The notes under the pieces were generated by a model. It worked only from the letters and a program-made list of their open reading frames with translations. It was not told the DNA's origin and ran no database searches. A stretch of 64,000 bases of DNA from Chlorokybus atmophyticus (taxonomy: Eukaryota > Plantae > Mesostigma and Chlorokybus algae): positions 541,465 to 605,464 of the forward strand of contig RHPI01000560.1 in the NCBI GenBank assembly GCA_009103225.1. Reading direction: 5' to 3'. The position numbers were made by a program, and so were the translations under genes. Shown here in pieces: positions 1 to 11,554 of this stretch (position 1 is the stretch's first letter; each line of letters begins with the position of its first letter).

Positions 1-3000
1 CGGGTGTGGCGGCCTGGGAGGCCTCGTCTACCACAGCGCAGGCGAAGGACACCGCTTCACCTGAGCATGTTGGTTGTCACTCATAAAACCATAAACCAAA
101 ACCATGCGCGCACGCTTGCATACACAAAAGCACACGCGCGCGCCCCACCCAGCCACACATAGCCACATACACGCGCGACAAACGCACAACCATGCACGCA
201 TGCACACACTCACACACTTAGCCACCGCCGCACGTGAGCACACGCGTGGTCTCGCATCTCACGCACACATACAAGTGGTTGGAGAAAACAACATGTTTGC
301 TTACTGTCCGCTGTCGCGTATTCACGCAGGGCGGACGCAAATCCCGTCAGCGTCCCGCACACAACCTGCCCGTGGTTGCGCAGCGCACTCGCGGCGGCGC
401 TGCTCTCCAAGCTGACAGATACAAACCCAACACACACACATATTGTCGGTACTGTTGGTCTTGTCCCATTGCTCCAAGTGTATACGGTTGTGTATACATG
501 TGCGTGTACGTGTACGTGTACGTGTATGTGTGTATGTTTACATACCGTCTGGCGGTCTTGAACAGCTCGTTGGCCTCTTTGCGAGCCGCCCGTCTGCGCT
601 GCCCGCCATCCGCGGCGCGTGTCCACTTCGTCGAGGACGCCAGGGCAGCCTAATGGGGAGGAGAGATTGTCACAACCAAGTGCGTGTGCTTGTGTGTTGG
701 TAGGTTGTGTCAGACCTGTGCTTCCTTGCGCATGTTGGCCGCGAGTTTGGCCTCCGGCTGCGCTAGCTGGACGGCTTCGAGAGTGTGCTTCGCCAATGCT
801 TCGCTCACGCGCTCTAACGGATACACAGCGATGAGTTCACATAACATGTTGTGACAAGTTGGATTCACATATGTATGCATGACACACATCCCGACAACAC
901 CTGTGATGCCTAGGCGCACCAGCGCTAGCGCGGGCTCGCGCTCCAGCATTGCGATGGCGAGGTTGTCAACCTGCAGACATCAACACCTTTAAGTGTAAGT
1001 GAATGGTGTGTTGTGTTTGAAACGAAGCCTCAGTTGTGTTGCGTACAATGTACCGCAGCGTTGGAGGCAGCGAGGACCAGCACGCGCTCACCCATCCTTA
1101 CACGCTGCCTCACAACCTCAACCTAATACGAATGTCAGTGCCTTGTACACACCTACCGCCCCCCCACCACCACCCACACCACCCACATACAAGTTACCAG
1201 AGTTCGTGTCTTTCCAGTGCCAAAGGGCCCGTGCACGAGCGCAACGGCAGGGCCGCCGTGGTCATGACTGTCATCTCTCCTCCCAACACAAAGGGCGACT
1301 GCATCCGCCTGCTTCTGGTTCAAGTTCGGGTCTAGAAGTTGGAAGCGCATGTTGTCGTTGTTGGGGTTGTGTCCCGCGGGCTGCGTGTTGGGAGCGCTAC
1401 CAAGCAGGATCGCGAGGAGGCGGGCTGTCCCGTCCTTGGCAGCCTCACACTCTGTGCGCAGCAGATGGTGTCAAAACCAACAAAGCGATAGCCTGCACAC
1501 GCGCGCACAGCACACCCACACACCAACCACCACCCACAGTCACCTTTAATCCCCGCGCGCATCCGATCGAACGTGACGCTATCCATCACCACCATCACAT
1601 CCACCTTGTCGGTCCCCTTTCCAGCCCCTCCTCCCCCCTCTCCCTCCTCCTCCACTTCCGGAGCCTCATCGAACACGATGCACATCTTCTCCCCCCTCGC
1701 CCACGCCACGCGCGCCGCCGGCCACCCCGCCGCGGGCTCCCACACGCCTGTTGTATTCACGCGCGTGGCGATGCGGACGGGAGCGCCGGGACGAGCGGAT
1801 TGGGAGAAGAGGGAGACGCGGGAGGGAAGGTTGGGGTTGCCGCCGGGAGGGTCGGAGAGTACCCACCTGAGTGGGAGAGTGGGTGGGTGTGAGAGTCAGA
1901 GTCAGAGTGAGAGTGAGAGGGTGCGGGTGAGAGGGGCAAGTCTGAGAATGAGAGTGAAAGTGAGCGCGAGAGTGGGAGTGAGTGTGGGAGTCAGAGGATG
2001 AGACTTGGAGTGGGAGCACAACGACAAGAGTGAGAGTGAGATGGAAAATGTGGCTGCAAGGACGAGGGTGTCAGTGTAAGGGGAGAGAGGAAGGTAACGT
2101 AAGACACGCTGTTGTGTGTGTGTGCCCGCGTACCGTTCTCGGCCAAATGGGGCGGCGGCTGTCTCGAGGACCCGGGCGCCTCTGAGGACTGGGAGGGAGG
2201 GTGTTGATGATGATGATGTGGAGGACGAGGAGGCGAGGCGGCTGGCAAGCTCTTCGGCGTCAACAAGCTGGAGGATGAGAGACACACTTGTGAGCGGATT
2301 GTGATCGATGGGGATAGGCATGGGAAGTTGCGAAGCATGTATGACGTTGGTGCATGCGGACCCGCACTACACGTACTGTCCGGAGCTCGGCGAGTCGCTC
2401 TGCCAACGTCGGTCGCCTGATGACTACCCGACAACTGGTCTTGCCGCCGTTACCGGTGTCGCAACGCAGCCCGAGCCTCTCTGCTGCCTCCCTCACCTGT
2501 ATGTGGACGCGCGTGTGTGTGTGTGTGCGCGCGTGTTCGTTTGCGTGCGCATGTGTGGTTACCGACACGAACACGCACAGGCTGACGCGTTGACGCATGT
2601 GTGCATGCGTCAACACGTGTGTACGTGTCTGTGGGTAGGTATGCATGCGTGTGCATCCACTCTCTCCACATCACACCGTACCTCTACCAACACCATGATT
2701 TATCGCACCTTGCGACGGTCCGCAGGCGAGTCCAGCGTCAATGCGAGTTCCGCAGTGGAGTTGAAATCCCCCTCGCCGTTGCGCAGACGCAGCAGGTCGC
2801 CATCAACAGCTGCTGCAGTAACAATGGTGACGATGACAATGATGACGATGATATGAATGATGATGATGATGTTGAGCATGCAGTGTCGGTCGGGAATCAC
2901 TGAAGTGCTATATGTTGGGAAGCATGCAGACCTGCATTGTGAGTGACGGACGGTTGCTCAGGGGTGGTAGATGAGGAGGAGGCTACGGATGATGAGGAGG

Positions 3001-3163
3001 CGGAGGAGAAAGAGGAGGAGGTAGTGTAGCAGTAGCGGGGGGTGACGCTCCCCTGCACCCACCGCCGCCGCTGCCGCCGTGTTCTGTTGACAGTCGGAGG
3101 TGGCTTGCTGGACGATATGCAGCTCAACACTGCCAACTGCAACGCCGCAGCCACCGCCGCCAT
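1..3163 (-). CDS. Superfamily-1 helicase of UPF1/IGHMBP2 (DNA2/NAM7) type, multi-exon, 3' end beyond the left edge
   Basis: Walker A VALVHGPFGTGKTRTLV (~1207-1230) preceded by Q-motif-like NLNQKQADAV. Walker B-like SFACAVVDEASQAATP at ~1-45. Exons are bounded by GT/AG and separated by (RY)n introns. The Ser/Ala/Arg-rich N-terminus from ATG 3163 resembles a transit peptide. Confidence 0.88.
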
Positions 3164-3428
3164 GCTGCCAAATGCTGCCGTTGGCAGCAAAGCTTGGGTT
3201 ATACTAACCAAGTAGCCTAATGCCGGCTAGCCTGTTTGAAGCACATCCACGGAGAAGTCTAACGCCGCAACCACAGTGAAGTTCCCTGCGAACCATGAAT
3301 CGTCACTGTGGAATGCCTGTGAACGCCTGAGATGAGTTGACCGAGTAGCCCAACACCGGTTAAGCGTAGCGGATAAAGTTCGCCAGCAGAAGTCTAACAG
3401 CAATCGCTTCAGACGGAGAAGCCTAACC

Positions 3429-6400
3429 ATGGCGGCGGCGGCGGCGGCGGTGGTGGTGTCGTGGCGCCGCTGCTGCTCCCCTCACTGCTGCAGCTCACTC
3501 CTCTCCTCTGTCTCCTCCCTTTCCTCTCCCTCCTCCTCATGGCGCAGGAGGGCAGTGGTGCTGCCGCCCCCTCGCCGCGCGGCCAGGCTGCCGTCGGCGG
3601 CTTACTGCCAGCTTGCTGCAGCGCCGGCGGCGGAGAAGGAGAAGGAGGAGGAGTTGACAGGCCAGGCTGCTTTGGATGGTGGGCGCACTGGCCTGCCGGG
3701 AGAGCACTGGCGCAAGAAGAAGGTCGCCCTGATGGTCGGCTATGTCGGCACTGGGTACAGAGGTGGAGTTTGAATTGTGTAATAGTCATCAGCCATTAAC
3801 TCAGCTGTTACAAGGGTTGACTGCTGCTGTGGGAGCTGGTGGCACTGTGTTGTAACATATTTCAACAAGTACAGTCTCAACTTAGTCTTGAGCAAGTTTG
3901 ACTGCTGCACACAGTGCGTTGCAACACTCGGTACACTGATTGGTAATTTGGCAGCAACCGGGTCAAATATAGCTGATTGGTATACAGTATAATGCAACAC
4001 TTGTCAATTGCACTGCATGCGGAGCTTCTAGCCTCCAGCCTTTGTCGTCCACACTGCCTCAATCGCCATTTGCTAAAAAGTGAGCACTGTGCTTGCAGGG
4101 CTGCAGATTAACCGCGACTGCGCCCCGGGACAAAGTAAGCATCACATGTGTATGAGCGTGTGCATGCGTGTGCGCGTGCGTGTGCGTGTCTGTGCGCGCA
4201 AGTGTGTATAAGCATGCACAAGTGTCATGCATGTATGCGCGAGCTGTCGCGTGCATGCATGCATGCATGCATGCGTGCGTGCATGCGTGCTTATGTCGCT
4301 GCATACCCAAGGGAGATTGACTGAGAGTGCAGTAGCGTGTGTGTCTTGCCATGGTGATGATCATGATGGTAAGTCTCTCGCAGCGATTGAGGACCATCTG
4401 GAGCGCGCCATCCTTGCCATCGGTGGCATGCGGCCTGAGAACTACGGCTCACTCGGAAAGATTGGCTGGGCGCGCTCCAGCCGCACCGACAAGGGAGTAA
4501 GTGTTGCCAACATCGACATGTTCACATCATAGCAAACATGCATGCGCATATGCGAGCATGCACACTCGCACATGCGCGAACATGCATGCACCCGTGCGCG
4601 AACACGCACACGCACACGCACACAGTTCCACGCTTGAACGAATCTGAGAGCGCGCATGCATAGACATGCACACGCACATGCAGAAGCACGCATGCACGCA
4701 CGCGCAAGCGCACACACATTCACCACCACTATCATATCTTCGATACCATCTTTATCGATTACTCAGGTCCATTCAGTCAGCACCTTCATATCTTTAAAGC
4801 TCGAGTGCGACGTGTCCATGTTTGAGAGGAGCGATCCCGAGGGCCAGACCATCGCCGCGGCGCTGAACGCGCATCTCCCGCCCGCCATGCGAGTGTTCGG
4901 CTGCTTCAGCACCACCAAGTAAGGGTATGTGCGTAGCTAGTTGGGGCAAGATGCATACCTGCATATCTCAACAAGCCATAGACGCATGCATGCATACATG
5001 CGCGCACATCATTGTGCGTATGTACATACATACGCACACATGCACACACACGCGCGCACACACAGAGGCGCATACTTGTACATGCACACAAACGAACACA
5101 CACGCACAGATACACATGCACACGCAGGGCTTTCTCAGCATGGAAGGCCTGCCGAGCCCGCACGTACGACTACGTCGTGCCGGCCGAGGCTGTCCTCGGC
5201 AACCTCCAAGTCGGCAGCATCGAGGCACAGAGCAGGATTGAAGACTTCAGACAACTCCTGAGTCAGTTTGAGGTATGAGAACTGAGTATACATACTTGTC
5301 ATGCGTGATTATGATACCGTAGCATACAAACACATGGAACCATAATCAACAGGGCGCGCATGCATTTCACAACTTTACGGACCGGAGAAGGTATAGAAAG
5401 CCAGAGCATCGAAGGCCTTACGACCGAAGGACAACATTCGGGCAGCAGCCAACACTACTTCCAATGGTTGATGATGGTGATGTTGATAGCATCACAACCA
5501 TAAGTGATGACGGTTCTGCTGTGGAAGATGAGACTGAGGCGTCACCATCAAGGGGTGAGGGTGACGAAGGCGAGGGTGGGGGAGAGGAGCAGGAGGAGGA
5601 GGAGGCAGTGTTGTTGGTAGGTAGTGATGATGTTGGTGGTGGCGATGATGGTGGTGGGTATGAGCCGTATGTGCCGAAGGTGGTGTGGCAGCATGAAGTG
5701 GATCCACGCGACAAGCTGACCAACCGGCACTTCCGACACGTCATCAGCTTCACATGCAGCGACCCTGAGCACTATTCTTCACCCTCCTCTTCGTCCTCCT
5801 CCTCTTCCTCCTCTTCCTGTGAGCACTTCATTAGGCTGACGGTCACAGGCGACTCCTTCATGTACAACCAGGTGTGCACACACTGTACACACTGGCACAC
5901 TCATCACGTTGTTTTTGGCACGCCAGTGGTATCAGTCCTCCGTTACTGGTAGGCAGAGACACAACGCAAGATACCAACAACAACTCAACAACTGACCGTG
6001 CCATGCAGATCCGTATGATGGTCGGTGCATCAATGGCCTTCGCGCAAGGCTTCTACCCACCCTCTTTGCTGCCAGTGCTTCTAAGCCCGAAGGCGCGCAT
6101 AACAGTTCCAATAGCGCCCTCAGAGGGTCTCTACTTGTCCGACACGCTGTTCCACCCATTCAAGATGCCGAAAACAAAGGCGGGCGAACCCGCACCACCC
6201 CCACGTTACTTGCATGCGGGGCCTATTGCGTTGGCAAACCAGAGGGAGTTCAGAGAGAGATGTGTTCTACCGGCCGTCACGCGTGCGCTGAGGGAGAGAG
6301 GTGGCGTGTGGGACGTGTGGATGAGAGAGGAGCTACCGGTCAAGGCGGGGATACCGGCGGAGAGGGTGGAGGAGGTGGTGAGGGCGTATGGGGAGTGGCG

Positions 6401-6467
6401 GGAGGGGAAGAGGAGAGATGAGGAAGAAAGGATGTTTGAGAGGCAAAGGAGAGACGGTGGCTGTTGA
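3429..6467 (+). CDS. tRNA pseudouridine synthase, TruA/PUS1 family (7 exons)
   Basis: Spliced in frame: KKKVALMVGYVGTGYRG-LQIN, IEDHLERAIL...ARSSRTDKG-VHS (catalytic Asp motif), ARTYDYVVP, GAHAFHNFT, RHFRHVISF, TVTGDSFMYNQ-IRMMVG. Approximate exons 3429-3762, 4098-4134, 4384-4497, 4767-4918, 5128-5272, 5352-5871, 6009-6467. Confidence 0.95.
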
Positions 6468-7405
6468 TACATTGATGTGAGCGCTGCTCCGGCGTGTCTG
6501 TGTCTGTAGTGGTGATTGCTATGCCATACATGCCCTCTCATCAGCAGAGCCGTTGAATGTACAAACAACAGCGGTCTTTGTTTATAATATGCAAGAGCCG
6601 AAGCGCTGTCAAAAGGGTTTGGCCACTGTGATAGGATTATGCTATGACAGTACCAAGCAGAGGACATTAACCTGATATGATTACTAACTTTGTAATCAAG
6701 GGTGAGTTCAAGGCGGCGTTGTGAAAGGCTTTCAGCCAAGCGCAGGGTAGGTGATGAAGGTGTATGTGTGAACGAGAGCTTGCCCAACTTGTATACTACT
6801 ATCAAGCGCATGCTACAGTGCATCACTCATTGCACATAATGCAAGTGTGCCAAGCTAGCTAGTTGGCAATTTAATTTTGTGTCATAATCAACCTTCTCAT
6901 TCAGCAACATGCCCCACCTTTCAGTAAATACCGCACGATGTAGATTCATTAGTGACAAACCATGCTGATATGATGCCACTACCATTGATGGTAGTGGCAT
7001 AGTGCTTACATTATTGTAAGCATAAATGTGCTTTGGGCTTGGCATTTGCTCAACAGTGCATGCGCTAACAGCTCTGAGTGGGCTCGCCATGTGAAGCACT
7101 TAAACACACATTGGAGCAACATGCCTAGCCCTCTCGAGGCTCAGCCACGAGAGGGCGCTGGATAGTGTCCATCGCGTGCATCACATCAGCTAACCGCACA
7201 CCCACATGCACGGGAAAAAGTCGAGATCCGTATCTGACTAACACCATGCGGATCAGAACCAGGCTGCCCATCGACGCAAACAATACACGCGAACAGTCTG
7301 TAGCATGGCGTCCTCTACGGCGGCTGGACAGTCGGGCGTGTATTGCCAGATCGCATCCACATCATGTGGACCACATGTGCTTGCAAGCACGTCCTCTTGT
7401 GCACT

Positions 7406-7717
<312 letters not shown>

Positions 7718-7898
7718 TAAGCATTGACAAATGTAGAATCACGAAAGGGGGGGCACGTCTAGACTTGCAACTTTAGTAACTGCTTGTATATCAGAAAAGA
7801 GTTGTTGCTCAGCCTGATATTCCGAATATGGCATTGCAACGCTATTCATAATCTTCAGGTTTCCTTGAAAGCGCTACACAAACACGTGCACAACTACA

Positions 7899-7901
<3 letters not shown>

Positions 7902-7957
<56 letters not shown>
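7902..7957. repeat. (CT)n microsatellite
   Basis: Directly visible. Confidence 0.97.
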
Positions 7958-7962
<5 letters not shown>

Positions 7963-8650
7963 CGCAAGGCAAAAGGAGGGAGGGAGAGCGAGCAAGAAAC
8001 AGTAAGCTGCATTGCGCACGAAACTGCACCGCAGCTTGCTGCGGTGGCAGTGCCAGCGCCTCCATGCACTCAAATAGCTGCGCGACCCTCCTCCTTCGAG
8101 TTCTGATATACGCCGCCGCCTTTGACAGTGCCGTGCAGTGCCATCGCGGCACATGTATCCTTTTAACATCACCAACAATAGCGAGACAGCTCGACATGAC
8201 TACGATTGCGATTCCGTAACAAGGACCGCACCTAACACTTTGCCTTTCACCTTGCTGTCGCTGCACACGGCAAGGAGCGAGCCGGCTTTTACGAAAGCCT
8301 ACGGCAGGTGGGAGGCCCTAGAAGGGGTTGCGGTTCTGATTGGTACTACGCGTGATGGCCTCGAGCTTTACTCCCCCAGCATCCCTGAGGTGCACGTCGT
8401 GTTCAACGACGGACCCCGTCACGCCACCGGCGTACAGAGTGGACTGCAGGCCCGCCGCGATGCTGTGCATGCAGTGGATGACCTGGCACCACACCATCAG
8501 CAACATAATCTACAGTATATAGACATCTACAGTGCAGTACCTGCTGTCACGCTCACATCTCCAGGGTAATTATCTGCATGCATCGTCATACTTGTTGCGC
8601 GCAGTTGCAGTCCCTCTTTGCCATCGTGCTCCTCAGCCCACCTACCTCCC

Positions 8651-8845
8651 NNNNNNNNNNNNNNNNNNNNNNNNNNNNNNNNNNNNNNNNNNNNNNNNNN
8701 NNNNNNNNNNNNNNNNNNNNNNNNNNNNNNNNNNNNNNNNNNNNNNNNNNNNNNNNNNNNNNNNNNNNNNNNNNNNNNNNNNNNNNNNNNNNNNNNNNNN
8801 NNNNNNNNNNNNNNNNNNNNNNNNNNNNNNNNNNNNNNNNNNNNN
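8651..8845. other. Assembly gap (N run)
   Basis: Run of N. Confidence 0.99.
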
Positions 8846-9934
8846 CCACCACCACCACCACCACCACCCCACCCCACGCGCTTGAGCATGCGGGCGTACA
8901 CACGTGTGCACGAATGCTTTGACGCCGCTGCCACGCACATACACATGTGTGCGTCCATGTATGCACGTGCACGCATGCATGCGCACACACGCGTGCGCGT
9001 GCGTGTGTGCGTATGCATGCATGCGCACGCAGACACATGCGCATGCGGTTTGTACCTCGGATAACTGTCCCTCTTTCCCCTTACCAGAATGCAGTTAAAC
9101 ATAGAGGCTGTAGCGCTAAGCTCATCTCATTATAGGGCTCTGAGCAGAGGCGATTCTGCCAGGTCCGCTGGAAGCCAGTCCACCACTTTTTGGCTCAGCC
9201 GCCAAGCCGGCAAGATGAATGTTTTGCAATGCACGATTCAGTCAGTTCAGACCATGACAATGTCTCGTCATCAGCACAGGTGGTGTATGCATTTGTGATA
9301 GATGATGTTCGATTAACATGATTGGTGAGTAGCCTATCATTCACAGCTTGGGCCGCCGTGATGCTGACCGACATTATGCGAGCCCTTATGCAGTATGTGT
9401 GACTCATGAGTCTATATCTTTCAAGACGTCTCCACAACTTCCAAGGCAATTGAGATGTCTCACACATGCTTATGTCAGAGAAGTTGGTAACTTCAGTCAT
9501 GATACTTGTTGCAACAGCAGCGTGCGCTCGAGTCAACCGACCACATACGTAATCACGTGTGCAACCTACCGCGTGCACTCCACCACGTGTAGTTTCTAAC
9601 AACTACATGTGCATGCGTGTCATGCATGCAGGTTACCATGCACTGCATGGTGACCTGCATCCATGCCTTGTTGCTACTTGATAGCAGATCGCAAGCCAAG
9701 GGTACATCAGATGTCACAAACTAGAAGAATAAACAGCACAAAACTTGCTTGCAGCCTCGAAGTGAGCAGACATGCATGACGTTGCAACCCAAATGTCCTT
9801 GCAGAGCGGAACAAGCAGCTAACAGCAGACTGACCCGCCTTACCGCTTGTCGAAGGGACACTTCAGCCCCAAGCCAGGCAAGGACAAGCCCATGCAAACA
9901 CGCAAGCAAGGGGCATGCAATCAGCGAGAGAGTC

Positions 9935-10037
9935 AGTGGTTCACTCAGCTTGCTTTGTGCTGTAGTTTGCACCGTAGCTGACAGCTCAGAGACTCCCCAA
10001 TCCCAGCTTCATGCTCGCCCCACGCCCTCACCTCCAC

Positions 10038-10068
<31 letters not shown>

Positions 10069-11350
10069 CCAGCAGCTGGAAACAAGGACCACAACAAGGC
10101 GTGCGTGAGAGAGTGAGTGAGTGAGTGAGTGGCGGCTGCTTTCGACTACTACTCTAGTGCAGAAGCCAGCCACACCGCACCGCCAGCGACGCTCCACCAC
10201 TGCCTAGCTACCTCGCCGCCACCGGCGGTGGCAACCTGCACTACCCCCGTGAACTCCAACACGCCATGCAAGGCACCGTCAGCCGCCTGCCTGCCTGCCT
10301 GCCTGCCTCACCCACATCAACCGACCCCCTCACACAAGCAAAACTCAGCGCCGGCTAAGTGTGTACTGCGTGCTGCTTGCAGGGCTGCAGATCAATCAAC
10401 CGCGATTGCGCCCCGGGGGGAAAGTAAGCAGCGTGTGTGTGCGTGTGCGTGCATGCTCATGTGGGTGCGTACGTAAGGGAGGGGAGATCGACTCAAGCGC
10501 AGCAGTGGTGTCTCATGCTGTGCCATGCGGCCCCGAGAACTACGGCTCGCTTTGGAGAAGTTGGCTGGGCGTGCTGCAGCCGTACCGCCGGTCCCTTGTC
10601 GGACAAGGGAGTGAATGTCGCAATCACCAACATGTCCACATGAATGTATATGCACGCACGCTCAAGCGCATACATGCAACCCATGCAGCCGTGCGCCTGC
10701 GTGCACACAAACATGTGCTTGCAGAGATGCGTCCACACATGAACGCATCCATATACGCAAACGCACATACTGTGGCATGCACATGCACGCGCGCACACAT
10801 GTCACCGCCATCATCATCAGCGTCGTCATCAGACTATCTTCACCAGTATGCAGGTCCATTCAGTCAGCACGCTCATGTCGTTGAAGCTCATGTGCACGAC
10901 GCGTGTCTGTCCGCGTTTGTCGTTTGAGAGAGGAGCGATCCTGCGGCGCTGAACCCGCATATGGCGGGCGGCAGATGCACGCTCAGCCACACGAGTGCTC
11001 AGATGCTTCAACACCACCAAGTCAGGGTGTGTACGTAGCTGGGCGGGGCAACAGCTGATATCAACGAGCAACGGACACTATGCACCAGCACGCACATGCG
11101 CGCACGCGCATATGACTTCAAGGAAATACCGCGCACGGTATGTACACGCGCGCAAACACACACTGCATGCCTGCGCACGCACACGCAAGCACGCAGGGGC
11201 ATGCAAGCATCATTAATCCATTCACCTTGCTCATTGTGCTGCGGTTTGCGCCGTAGCTGAGCAGCTCAGACACCACCCTCAGCCTCATGCTCGCCCCACG
11301 CCCGCACCTTCCGCACCACCACCACCGCTGTCTGTCGCCGCCCCAGCAGG
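9935..11350 (+). repeat. Pair of ~130 bp diverged direct repeats (9935-10075 and 11225-11350)
   Basis: Both copies share gctttgtgctgtagtttgcaccgtagctga-cagctcagagac...catgctcgccccacgccc...ccaccaccgc...gccccagcag. Confidence 0.8.
10378..11041 (+). pseudogene. Decayed partial copy of the PUS gene (exons 2-4 with introns)
   Basis: cagggctgcagatcaatcaaccgcgattgcgccccggggggaaagtaagc matches PUS exon 2. gagaactacggctcgc...gacaagggagtgaatgt matches exon 3. caggtccattcagtcagcac...ttcaacaccaccaagt matches exon 4. Frameshifts and deletions are present. Confidence 0.88.
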
Positions 11351-11554
11351 AGCACTGCTTTCCTTATGATAAGAACCACCAAGGGCCAAAACAATCAGTG
11401 CTTGGCACAGAGCAGCAAAGCTTTCATCTACTGCGCTTGCATGGCTAAGCGTTGGAGTGAGGGCGGCCCGTCTTAGGCGCCAGCTGGCAGCTGGTCGGCC
11501 TCATCGCAGAGGAGGGCAAGGAGGGCAAGAGGCGCTTCACCTGGGGTCAATACC

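Noticed and set aside
999-2019. Plus-strand 297 aa ORF and overlapping ORFs
   Set aside because: Antisense or off-frame shadows of helicase exons and GAGT-rich introns; no independent motifs.
8527-9102. ORFs spanning X runs (also 18972-19871)
   Set aside because: Artefacts of N gaps, which contain no stop codons.
8000-9200. Exon-like blocks on the minus strand (WAEEHDGKEGLQLRAT, VIHCMHSIAAG...)
   Set aside because: Splice phases are inconsistent, the region is interrupted by a gap, and no family is recognisable.
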